Shown in pieces: positions 15,206 through 26,859 of a stretch of 64,000 nt of DNA. Origin of the DNA: the human T2T-CHM13v2.0 reference genome, Homo sapiens. Numbering within the stretch: the stretch's first letter is position 1; each line of letters starts with the position of its first letter. The stretch lies in the NCBI RefSeq assembly GCF_009914755.1, contig NC_060931.1; one strand, 5' to 3'. The notes under the pieces were generated by a model that had not been told where the DNA came from, searched no databases, and saw only the letters and a list, made by a program, of their open reading frames with translations. Position numbers and translations under genes: made by a program.

Positions 15206-16414
15206 GAAATAAGAATACAAAATTGTTCTCTATAAAAAAAAAAAAAAATGGGCCAACACTGTTCTGGGTGGCCCCATATAACTTCTAACTGTTTTGGTCA
15301 TCAGTTTAGTGGGTGAATTGTAGCAATGTGATCTCGTTTATCTTTCAGGGGTAAGATGAAAATAGCCATGCTCACCTAAACAGATCCATTGACAAATTCA
15401 ACTAGCATCCACAAAAACAAAAACTTTTGTAAACATGAAGTGCTATAGATATATTTAATAAAGACAATCATTTCCATATCATGGGTTTTACTGGTCAGAT
15501 ATATTTCTTTATAAACCACACTTCTAGAAATAAAAGAAGTGTAAGCAGAAATGCATGGATCCACTGAGGACATTATAATATAATGGCAACCATTTAAAGA
15601 TACTGAAGATTAAAGCTGGTTGTTTACCAGCAAGGCATAGCGAGTGAAAGACTTTATATGATACATGTTCTAATTATTTTACAAATCAACTCAGGCGTAA
15701 CAATCTGGTATGCCCCATAGGCTCTGCCACTGATTCCCTCATTCCTAAGTATGTGTAATTTCTATAAAACAATCAGAGAAATTCCAATTTCTAAATCATC
15801 ATAGTCTTCTCTCTACCTTAGGTGAAAGTGCGGAATACCCACAGGGCCATGGAAAGACACTGCATTCTTTTCTAGTACTTAAACCATAGCTTCGAGGCAC
15901 TGAATAATAAGCACTATTACTTATTTAATTTTATAATGGCTGTGGGGAGAGTGTTCATGAAATGTTTTGAGCTCCTCAAATAAAATACATGATACGCTCT
16001 TTTCAGGTGAGATTTTCAAATAGATTACAAAATAATTTTTTTTCTAAAAGCGTGGAGAGAAAAAGATAAAAAAAAAGTGAGGAGAAATGAAAGAATTTTA
16101 TTTGACTTGCAGAATTTGCATTTGAATTATCTATACTTACTAAGATGGCTATGTCTAGTTGTACCTGTCTGATGGTAGCTTATAACTGTAAATGCTTAAA
16201 GATAAACAGATCATAGGTTCTGGATGAGGCCGAGCACAGGCTCTAAAAGTCGCATCACACAGCCACCTGCTCATCCTGGCTTTGGGCTCTGCCCCTTGAA
16301 TGTTTGCCCATCTGACTCCATTTGTACCTCCCTCACTGCTTCCCTGATTCATTTCAGTTTCATTCTCATTTTGGCTATTTCCTCACTTCTAGTTGGTGCT
16401 TTCTAGAGTTTCTG

Positions 16415-16580
16415 GCAAAAGCATGGACTCTGAAGTCAGGTTGCCTGGGTTTAATTCCTGTTCTATTGCTTGCTCTCTGAGTCTCAGTTTCCTTCTCCCT
16501 AAAGGAGGGATAGAACCCATCTCAGAAGGTTCTTGTCAATATTCACTGAGATAAGCACAATTTCTGATAAATGTTCATGC
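16415..16580 (+). mobile_element. MIR fragment
   Basis: agcatggactctgaagtcaggttgcctgggttt...tctctgagtctcagtttcc. Confidence 0.75.
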
Positions 16581-18759
16581 TTATTACATGCCAGTTGTTA
16601 TTATTATTATTATTATTTTTTAGGGTGTTTTTGCTTTTAGCTCAACCTTACGTTACTGTGGCTGTGTGAGCTGGTGTTGCTGTCTTCTGCTTAATTCTGT
16701 GGCACAATGTCCTGTCCTAGCTTTCTTCAATCTGAGTGTACCCTCTGCTTCTCTCCCTCAGTTCCACCCCTGGAAGCAGAAGGTTCCCGGGGGTTAGGAG
16801 AGCTGCTTCAGTATCATTGCTCTTCAATCTCAGACAATAGCAAACACCCTTCAGATCTTACCAGGTAAGAGATCAGGTTACCAGTGGAACTGACCTGTTG
16901 GTTTTGTCATCTGAATAAACACTATAGATCACCTCCTGAATGATTTGGCTTTAGAAATCCATATTCATCATTGGTGGGACTCGCTTGGCTACTACTACTC
17001 TATTCATCACTCATTGATTAATTGAAGGTATGCCTGCAGAATTCATGCCATGGACAATGATTCTAATGCCAGCAATGTGGATATTCAAGTTCTTTTGTTT
17101 CCAGTCATGTTTTAGGGTGACCGTGACTTGTTTTAATTGTGTATGCCGTCTTTTAGGGAACTCTCATTCAGTCGTTAGCTTGAAATATTTACTGTCACCC
17201 AAAAGCCAAGGATTTTTGTTGTCCTGTAGGTTAGAGGTTAGCCTTCTGGGGCCTGAAAGAGGAAAGCAACAAAAACTCAGAGAATTTATTTCCTGCTCAT
17301 ACACAGGAGCTGGGTGGAGAATTTCCTCCCTTGTAAGATCTTGTAGAACACATTTTGGTTTTCTGAAGAATTGGCAAAGAAAAAAGTAGAGTTAAATAAT
17401 CAAGGAAATAGCACACTATGAACAAAAAAGCTTTAAAGGGTTTTTTACCTATGGAATTAGCCATAGAAAAGCAGCTCTGTTTTTAGAGATGAATCAGTCT
17501 TAGCCTATCCTTTAATAACAAATCAGTGAAGCATCTACACCTCCATTTATTTTGAATACCTGTGCTACATCACTGTAACCAATGGTATGTTCTTTTGTCC
17601 CACAAATGAGCTGAAGACAGGGCCTTACTTTAATATGGAATATACTGATTTTGTTGGGTTCTATTACCTTCTCACGCTGCTAAAAAGTCTTTTCATGTTC
17701 AAATTCCACTGTGTTTTCAATGTCAGTTTTTTTTCTTACAAAAGGAAAAGGGTCCCCTGTGGAAGCTTATGAAAGCTGACACATTTTCTTGTGAAATATC
17801 CTTCTGAGACCATATGGTTTATCAGTAAGCACATATTTTTAGACCTTTTAAAATGAGTATTATGAAATTAACATGAGATGTTTTTAGAAAAGTGAATGCT
17901 ATTGACTCAGTAGGGCAGGATGCCTGTCTGCTTTGTGGTTGTTACTCTTTATAATTCCCTGTGAAAGACGTTTTCAGATAATTAAAAAAGGTATTTGGTC
18001 TATGGAGCAAAAAAACTTATCAAAAGAGGTTATATAACACATGCATGGCAGCTACTTGTCAAAGTTAAATATACCCATTTCTTTCCCCACAAAGCCGTTA
18101 GATCTATTACCACCTAATTGCTTGGAAAATTCATTTTCTTTTTCTCAAATCACAGCCTTAATTGAGGTCTGAAAGCTCACCAAGGGCCTTTTAAATCAGC
18201 AAACCTAACTTAAAAAAAATTCTCCTATAATTTAACTTTGTGGCCAGGGACATATTTTTTTTCTTTGAGACAGTTACGGCAGTCAGTACTAGTAGAAAAA
18301 CCTCTTGCTTTGAGAAATCAGAGAACTGGGGAGCGTGTCTTACTGTTTCTGGTAATGCACACTGGGGCCAAGAGTTCACAGCAAAGTGAATAGATATTAA
18401 TTGCAAACATATTATTTAATCATGCTGAAACCAAAATATTTTAAACCAACTTATGTGGGTGTTTTATTGTAAATGTTAGGATGGGAAACACAATCTATTC
18501 TGCATTCTGGCTATGGAAATCTGCCCTCCACGTGGCCATCTGCAGGAGTACCATATGTGTAACACACACAACTTTATTCCTTCTTACACCAACCCTAAAG
18601 TTTGCACAACAAGAAAAAATTTTCAACTTTGGTTTATGACATATCAGGGTGCTTTCAAGCATAAACAGTGATTAGAATATCTAAATTGATGTTTGAAATC
18701 AGGATTAATTTTAATTATATAAGAGAAATGAAAATAAATGTGATTAAAAAAATAAACAT

Positions 18760-19050
18760 AGATGCAACCATTCAGGTCAGGGTTGCTATTTCAAGGAGTC
18801 ACCTTGAGAAGCTATGAACTAATTTGAAATACTCTACCATTTCTCAAAATGTTTTTGAAACTCCTCATTTGGAATTGCCTCAGAGTTAGTTTTTCATCTG
18901 CATCTCCTTATCACTTTAGAATTACATTTTTGTTACAGATGGTGTTGCCTTGCTGGGGCACTTTATTCACCAAGCTTCACTTGGAGTGAATTTTTGTGTT
19001 TAGAAACTTACAGGATATGGTGCAAGCAAGTCCAAATATTTTGTGCAACA
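18760..19050. mobile_element. Possible MARNA (mariner) fossil
   Basis: gagtcaccttgagaagctatg...ccatttctcaaaatgtttttgaaactcctcatttggaattgcc resembles the recalled MARNA consensus. Confidence 0.5.
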
Positions 19051-19139
19051 TCACCCTCTCTGGATTGGCTATGTGCCTCTTCTCCTACCCCAGGATAACT
19101 TAGATTTAAAATTGGGAAGGAGTAAGCTGGGTGACTGAT

Positions 19140-19290
19140 ATGCATTAGTTTCATTTCATCTTCACAAAGTCCTATAAAGCAGGTATTATTCATGTTATTC
19201 AGATGAGGAAACAGACTTAAAATGTTTAAGTAATTTAAGACCTCTTTAAACTAATGTAGACCTGGGAGTTATCTGGGACTAAATTTCAAT
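19140..19290 (-). mobile_element. MIR fragment
   Basis: atcttcacaaagtcctataaagcaggtattatt...cagatgaggaaacagac. Confidence 0.65.
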
Positions 19291-19785
19291 TTTTTCTTCT
19301 ACAGCTGTCATCTCCATTCAAGGTGACAACATCATTCTGGAATTACAAGTCCTGTTGTGCTTGTGAAAATTTACAATAGTTTTTAATTATGTTGACCATG
19401 TACATACCTATGTAAGTTTGGGCCAGTGCATCAGAGATATATTTCACATTCTGTTAGTGATTATGTAGTTGTGAGAGCTGAGGATAGGCGAACAAATGTC
19501 ATTTGTTTATGCACAGCAATCACTGTGATAGGAAAGCCAAATAATATTGGGCACTGTTGACAGTAATAATGTTTCACATCCTAGTGTTATAAAAATTTGC
19601 CTCATTAAACAAGATCAAACAAATGAGCCAATAAGAAGAAAGCCCCATTTCTTCTTCTCCTAAGCAGACCTTAGGAGTAAATAAATGAATGAGAAGTGAG
19701 CCTGTGATTCTAATGTAAAAACCTTGGGAGAGATGGACCAGAGATGATTGGGCTTCTGCTTAGGATGATACGTTTGAAGACAAAA

Positions 19786-19841
19786 GAGCCCATGAGCTGG
19801 GTGCCTAGTTTAGGAGCCCATAAGCTGGGTGCTTAGTTTAG
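19786..19841. repeat. 28-bp tandem duplication (2 copies, 2 mismatches)
   Basis: gagcccatgagctgggtgcctagtttag / gagcccataagctgggtgcttagtttag. Confidence 0.9.
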
Positions 19842-19989
19842 GAGGTATGTATGCCTGCTGCTTGCTCAGATGACATAATTCGGAAAAAAAACAGAAATTG
19901 GAGGTATGTAATAATCTAGTTACGGTTCAAAAGAGGGTACCATCTTTCCGTATATCACCAACCACATCTTCAACAGAAGCTTACATAGA

Positions 19990-20340
19990 AACATTGCTTA
20001 CTATGTGCCAGGTGGAGTTACCTGCTTTGCGTGTGACTTTTCTAGTTTCAGCACTGAAAGTCCTGCATCCTTGAAGCCCCTAAGTCCCAGGCAAACCAGA
20101 ACATTGGTGTTCGATGCCAGGTTATGTTTTAAAGCTTTATATTTGGTAACACATTTAATCTTCACAACAACCCTATGAGGTAGGTACTATTATTACGTCT
20201 ATTTTGCAGAAGAGGAAATGCTTGCTTAAAGAGGTGAGGAAACTTGTCCAGGCTTCCATAGCTAGTAGGTAACAGAGTCAGGATTTGAAGTCAGGTAGTT
20301 TGGTTCAGTGTTAGGGTGCTTCTTAGAATACTGCCTCTTG
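19990..20340 (-). mobile_element. MIR interrupted by MER81
   Basis: ttactatgtgccag | insert | tgccagg...atcttcacaacaaccctatgaggtaggtactatt...gcagaagaggaaa. Confidence 0.85.
20012..20112. mobile_element. MER81 (hAT-Blackjack MITE)
   Basis: ttcagcactgaaagtcctgcatcc...aagtcccaggcaaaccag; flanked by tgtgccag / gatgccag (8-bp TSD remnant). Confidence 0.78.
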
Positions 20341-21249
20341 AAGGGCTGCCCCTAAGAGTGTCCTGCTTTGTACTAAAGGGAGAAAAAGAGATTGTTGGGA
20401 ATAGAATGATGGCTTAAAACATAGTCTTACTCTCATGCTGCATACATGAGATATACAGGCAAGAAAACAGGCAATCACTAGATCTGGGAAGGAAGAGAAG
20501 CTCTTGTCAGAAAGTAGAGTGAACTATTTGGGTATGTCAGAGGTTAATAACCCAACCTGATTGGTCAGGGATGACATGAAACAATGTGTAACGGCAGCAG
20601 CCTGTGGCTTGTTATGTAGGGACTGGTCAATAAACAGAATTATGTCATTAGGCTTCAATTCTGGCAGCTGTAGGAGAATTGACAACTATGACAGTGGCTG
20701 TTTAAAAATGGAAATGATTGTTAAGGAAGGATGTGAGCCACTTGGAACTTCCAGGGAAGCAGAGGACAGAATGGGGATATTTAGGATAGAATCAGTCACA
20801 TTGTGATAATCCCCAAGGCCACGGTAATGTTGGTCTGAATGTCTATGTGGTCCCTGGAAGCCTGGGTTAAATGAACACATAACACTGAGGATATCTTGGT
20901 GGGAGATTCTTAGGCATATTCATGATAGGATGCTGATATGTTAATACTATCATCACCACTACAACAACCCAAGAAACAAACACAAATCAAAATAAAAACA
21001 TGAGACTTGGAACGATTTTTCTGGAGGGCATGAATTATGCTGTGTTGTTATTATGCATAGGGATTAGCAGATTTCAGAGCTCTTCTCCGATGTGGAAAAC
21101 AGTAAGCACTGTCATTGACTATAAACCTGATCAATAAGACGGTAATGTGATTAATACCTGTAATGCTCAGGATGGTCTTGGATTTCGCATTGAAAATCCC
21201 TCAGGAAACCTCTTAGTCTTGAGCAAACTGGACTGCTCTACCAGTAGGC

Positions 21250-21410
21250 TAGCTCTAGAGCTACTCAACCCCAACTCAACAGCTTGCTCCGAGCTCTGTG
21301 AGCTTGGAAAAATTATTTCACTTCTTTTTAGTCTTAGTTTACTCATTTGTAAAGTGGTCATGTTAAGGGTATCTACTGTAGAGTTGTTATGAATCTTAAA
21401 TAGTACTTGT
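21250..21410 (+). mobile_element. MIR fragment
   Basis: ctgtgagcttggaaaattatttcac...cttagtttactcatttgtaaagtgg. Confidence 0.65.
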
Positions 21411-21529
21411 CTGTCCTTATTGCAGTCCATATACATTTTAGCTATCATTAGGAAATACAAAAATTACACAATAGAGATGGGTTTGTCTATGTTGCTTTGC
21501 TTTGTCCATACCTATCTAGTGCATTAAGT

Positions 21530-21895
21530 AGTCAGTTTTTCTGTTCACCAAGCCTTTCCGGCTTTTTGTTTTGGTACATAGTAGGATTCATGTTAGGTGT
21601 GACCACCTGACTTCCTTTGGTTAATGAAATAGGAGAAATGAGGTGTGATACATCTCAGCAGAATCTTTAAAAATGTTCATGTGGCACATCATGCTCTCTT
21701 TCCCAGGAATGTCCCAGATAATGGCTGCTCTGTTATCTGGGACATTCCTGGGAAATGGGTCCTAAACTAAGGATGAAGAAGCAAAGCCCTCAGTTGAACT
21801 GTAACAGATGTGAGGCATTAGTGAGAAGTAACTTGTTGCTTTAAGCTGCTGAGGAATTTTGGGTTTGTTTGTTACCACAGCATAAGCTAGCCTCT
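21530..21895 (+). mobile_element. Ancient MLT1 (I/J-type) LTR
   Basis: gtgaccacctgacttcctttggttaatgaaat ... ttaagctgctgaggaattttgggtttgtttgttaccacagcataa. Confidence 0.7.
21699..21755. repeat. Perfect 23-bp inverted repeat with 11-nt spacer
   Basis: TTTCCCAGGAATGTCCCAGATAA-tggctgctctg-TTATCTGGGACATTCCTGGGAAA. Confidence 0.98.
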
Positions 21896-22181
21896 ATGCC
21901 AAGGAATTGACTGACGGTCCCTGAGCAATGCCGTTCATGGAGGACTGTAGTCAGGCTGAAGCCAACTGACTTAACCCAGTTACTTTCCAATTGACTGTAA
22001 ACTTAAGTTTATTTTTGGCTTTTCAGGTTTGCCATTTTATTAAACAAAGAACAAAATGACTGTGCATGCTTTATCATGGTTGACTTGCGACGGCATTGAC
22101 GTTGATCTGTGGTGCACTGTGCTTGTGCTGTCTGTGGCCTTGCATTTGTTTGCTGCTTATGTGTAATGCCTTCATTTGGAC

Positions 22182-22312
22182 AGTCATTTACAACCCTGGA
22201 TGGTTATTAGACTCTTCTGGGGAGTTTATAAAATTTACCCATATCCAGGCTATATCCTACATGCTGTTTTGCAGGAGGTCCCCAGGTATTTCTAATGTAC
22301 AGTAGAGGTTTC
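22182..22312. mobile_element. MER5-type MITE, degenerate
   Basis: cagtcatttacaaccctgg...ccccaggtatttctaatgtacag. Confidence 0.55.
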
Positions 22313-25300
22313 AGCCTCAACCAGATCATTAACTCTTTGGTGAGGAACTATGACCTGAAATTGCTGGATATCTTCTTTATGTCTATTGTAAACAGGAGGT
22401 CAGGATGCAGCGGACCATGGGGCAACATGAAGAATAAAGCATGACATGACTTAGTGGAGGGCAGCAGACCATTGTCCCACAGTTCTAAGTGCTATTTGGC
22501 AATTCAGAACAAGCATTCAGTGGGGACTGACATGATCTTTCCAGAAGGGTAATTCAGGGCTGCAGGTGCCAATTAAATCGTTGTGGAATTTAATGTTTCA
22601 AATGTCCACATCATTAATAAGATGTGGTAGAAGGAATCACGTCCTTGTGGGCATACTAAGGGAAGTTCTTCACTTTGGTAAAAGGGTGCGCCTGATCTAC
22701 AAGCACTGTGGACACAGCTCATTTTTGGAGGTGACATCTTGTCTGCTACCGTTTCTTTGGCTTCGCTTGTTGCTGACCTTGACTCTCTTCCTATGGGATC
22801 AACTGTTCATTGCCTTTTTGATACTGCCTTCCTCCAACTGATGTGCATACCCTTGTCTGACTCTAGGATTTTATTTCTGTCTCTGTCCTCATTTGTGCAA
22901 ATGAATGCCCCTCTGTGGTTTGGATCTTCTGATCCTGAATCCCGGTGGCCACATGGAGCCAGTGTTTGTTGAGTCTGGGGAGCACTGGCCAGGCTTTTCT
23001 CTGTGTTGCTTTGCTAACCTGGCATGTTTCTATTATCAGTTCAACCTGCCAGCTCATGCCCACCCAGGTGCAGTGGAGGCTGAATAAAGGCAAGATCCTC
23101 CTCCTTTTTGCAGCTTTTATTGGCCTCCTTGTCCTTTGATCTCGCTTATTTTTCTAAGCCCATTAATCGGAGCTATTATATATAAACATACAACACATAT
23201 AAATACACGGACAGACAGAAGATTCAGCACTTGTAAAATTTTTCATTTGCCAGTTTTTTAATTGGATTACTGGCTTCAGGGTGGAGCCCTTGGGGGAAAG
23301 GGGCCAGGAAAGCATGCATTTCGAGGGTCAAATAAGCAGCAAATAAGCAGTTGAAGGCAAAGACAGATCCCCAAAATTAAGGGTGTCATTTTATACTGGA
23401 TCCTGGCTCCCCAAAAGAGGGAAATACTGTGGGAGAGGACAGTGCAGAGCTTCTACCCTGTGTTTCATTGCAAGGCAGCTCAAAGCCAATCAGCCCATTT
23501 TGTAATCAGCCCATCTCTCATGGGAGTCTCATCTCCCTGGGCAGGTGGGAATGTTTCCTTCCAGGTGGCCAAGAGCGTGCTTTTCTGATCCAAGTGTGCA
23601 AAGAATCAAGTGCCTCTCCATAATAACTATTAGCCATCCCTTAAAGTATATTTCCTACCTAGTTATTACACACCAAAGCTCTCTCATAATGCAAAGTAAT
23701 TTCTGATACCCTCAAAACTCAAAACCATCAGATAACACAATGCAAAACAGAGCAGGGCCTTTGATTTTGAGAGGGATCTATCTGCTTTTAATTCCTGGGA
23801 TTTCATCAGGAAAACAGAGGGTTTTTTTCCCCAAAACGGGGTTTTTGGCACTTCCTCTGTTTTTCCCAATGAGTCCCTGGATACCAGAAATTATCTTAGG
23901 GCCTCTCATGTGCATTAAGAGTGGCAAGACAAAAAAAAAAAAAAAAAAAAAAAGGAGAAAAATAATTCAGCCGACTAAGAAGAAAAAAACCTTTTTCCAG
24001 AAAAACAAGTTCCAAGAAGAGAAAAACATAAAGGCTTTTTAAGTATACCTATAGCTCGTTTATCCACTTTTAATTAAACCGACTTTTAACGATAGTGCTC
24101 TTTAAAAAAGAAATCCTTTCAGATCTCTTGTTACCAGACTTTAGCCATGCCAAGCGGCCAATATTTCTAGTTTCTGAACTTTGCTAAAGGTAACCTCTCA
24201 CGTGCTTCAAAGACATGGTAAGCAGTTTCTTTTTTTACAAGATTTAGAATCTCCACAAGGTAGTTCAGAGAAAGGAAAATTCAAGAGAGGAAATCAGAAG
24301 CTAACTATGGGGGGAAAAAACTCAATAAATGGCCAAGTTACACAAATAACAAACCAGAAAGGAGTCAATCCAGAAGCCAACAATTGAACCTAAGCCACCA
24401 CTGTCAAAAGATAAAGCCTTAGCTACTGAGCTATATAGCATTGAGCAGTTTTCCATTACTTTTCCCAGAAGGAGCCTAGAGAAGCCAATTTCAAGCTTGC
24501 AAGGCTTTTAACTGCTCAAGAAAAATTTTTAGGACTAACTATGACATGAACCCCCAAATTCCTGTCCTCTGGATGGTGGAAACCAAAAGAAAGTATCCCC
24601 ACATGGTCACAAGGTTAAGCTCTTAAGGACACAAAACAAGACAGAGGCATTTCGTACAGTATTGGTTTCAGGGATCTGTAGCAAAGTTTGTAAATGACCA
24701 GCCTGCCAAGCTGGCTTGAAAAGCAGGCTTATAGGGGTCTAAACCCATGTTCTAGCCTGTGATACCCCTTTCTCCATTACAGAACACAGAAAGACAAATT
24801 CTTAGCACAAAGTACACCAGATTTGCTGCAGCCTAAGACTAGTCTCACAAATCCTTTTTTCTATTCATCAAACTCTTGCAGAGGAGACCAATAGTTTATT
24901 TACTGTTTTACCCAGACAGAGAAAGAGAAGGAGAAAGAGAGAGAGAACAGAAACTTGGCTGGTAAGAATTTCTTACCCTTTCTGCTAGCATGCCAGGTTT
25001 CTGGATTCCCTTTCTCTGCAGCTTCCAGAAGAACGGAGTGGCTTCTGATGTCCCTGCTCGCTTGTGCTATAGCTGTGGGGTTCAATCCACTTTACAAGAG
25101 AAAATCACCCTTTACTATTTTATGGAAACGTAGACAAGATTCTTAATTTGCAAGATGCTGCCCAATGGGCTGCATGGGGAATCAAATTAACATTTTCCAA
25201 CCAGCAAAATACACATAACAAAACAAACATTAGTCACTTGTTTAGCACCCAATATCAGCCTAGCAAAGTTCAAACTTTTTCCCGTTGGTCCCTGTTGTCT

Positions 25301-25721
25301 TTGATCCACTCCAGGTGGGGACAGGCAACCTCCGAACGGTAATTCACAATGGGGTTTCTGGGCAAGGGGAAGAGCAGATAGTCACCCTGAGAGACAGGCC
25401 TGTTTAGCCTTCTTTATGGCTCATTGAATGTGAGCAGACAAATAAGGAGGGTTCTCTGAGTTAGGCCTGCTGGACTTCCATCAGCAGCCCCTCTGAGATC
25501 CCTTCCATATATACAAACACACACAAAGACAAGTTGGACAGAAGGCCCTCCAAATTAGATCCCTAACCAAGAACTCCAAGAGTATCCCTTCGAAACAATC
25601 TGCCTATTCTTCTGAGAAACCTCCTCAAAATCTTCCTGATTGAGGAGAAGTCTACCAAACCAGGACTCTTCCTGGTTTGAAAGAGCCAACCGAGACCTCC
25701 CAGGAACTGAACAAACACCCT

Positions 25722-25945
25722 GCAATGAGGCTACAGACACAGATATCCCATGGTGGAGCTACAGACACCCCACAATGGGGCTGCAGATACCCCACCACAG
25801 GGTACAAAACCAGTCGGGAGAAGGAAGGAAGCATTGGCAGCGCCTAGGATACGCACCAGTTCAGACATCCTACGATGGGGCTACAGACAGACACCCTACA
25901 CCCTACCATGGGGCTACAGACAGATACTCTGTGATAGGGCTGCAG
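25722..25945. repeat. Degenerate 22-28 bp repeats (ggggctacagacac) in the ERV leader
   Basis: About six copies of g(a/g)gct(a/g)cag, most followed by acac/acag/atac. Confidence 0.75.
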
Positions 25946-26142
25946 TTAAGGGACATCTCCCCAGGACTATTTCTCCATTGCAATTAAATCTATGCACATT
26001 GGGTCGGCAGCACCCCACCAGTAGAGAGAGTACCAGAGTCAGCCCCCAGTCCAAGATAATTAGGCAGCCATTTGGGCTGGCTTCTGGATCCATCGCTGGA
26101 TTGGGGGGGCCACTGAACTATGAATGGGTAGCCACAAGGGCA

Positions 26143-26160
26143 ATCCAGGATGAGCCCCCA
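26143..26160 (-). other. Primer-binding site for tRNA-Pro
   Basis: Minus strand TGGGGGCTCATCCTGGAT, 16/18 match to TGGGGGCTCGTCCGGGAT, 4 nt after the LTR end. Confidence 0.9.
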
Positions 26161-26164
26161 AATT

Positions 26165-26859
26165 TATAACCACCCAAGGGGTTCACCTTGGCAACTGCCT
26201 AGACAGAGCTGATTCATCAAGACAGGGGAATTGCAATAGAGAAAGAGTAACTCATGCAGAGCCGGCTGTGTGGGAGACCCTAGTTCTGTTTTATTATTAC
26301 TCAAATCAGTCTCCCTGAGCATTCAGGGGGCAGAGTTTTTAAGGATAACTTGGTGGGTGAGGAGAAGCCAGTGAGCCAGGCGTGATGATTGGTCAGGGAT
26401 GAAATCATAGGTAGTCAAAGCTGTCTTCTTGTGCTGAGTCAGTTCGTGGGTTGGGGCCACAGGATCAAATGAGACAGTTTGTTGATCTGGGTGGTGCCAG
26501 CTGATCTATCAGTGCAGGGTCTGCAAAATATCTCAAGCGCTGATCTTGGTAGCAGTTTAGGGAGGGTCAGAATCTTGTAGCCTCTAGCTGCATGACTCCT
26601 AAACCATAATTTCTAATCTTGTGGCTAATGTTAGTCCTACAAAGGCAGTCTAGTTCCCAGGCAAGAAGGATGACTGCTTTGGGAAAGGGCTGTTACTGTC
26701 TTTGTTTAGACTATAAATTATAAACTAAGTTTCTCCCAAAGTTAGTTCAGCCTACATCCAGGAACGAATAAGGATGGCTTGGAGGTTGGAAGCAAGATGG
26801 AGTTGGTTAAGTTAGGTCTTTTTCACTGTCTCAGTCACAGTTTCCCAAAGGCAGTTTCA
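26165..26859 (-). mobile_element. LTR8 (5' LTR of the truncated provirus)
   Basis: Minus strand begins tgaaactgcctttgggaaactgtgactgagacagtgaaa...ccaactccatcttgcttccaacctccaagc; ~695 bp. Confidence 0.9.

Larger units (their letters stand above)
23140..26164 (-). mobile_element. ERV1 internal region (HUERS-P1/MER4-group), 3' truncated
   Basis: Directly follows LTR8 on the - strand and starts with a tRNA-Pro PBS; non-coding MER4-group-like internal sequence; no second LTR. Confidence 0.82.

Noticed and set aside
25640-26169. 115- and 139-aa ORFs in the ERV
   Set aside because: Antisense to the provirus and within leader repeats; no gag or pol motifs.
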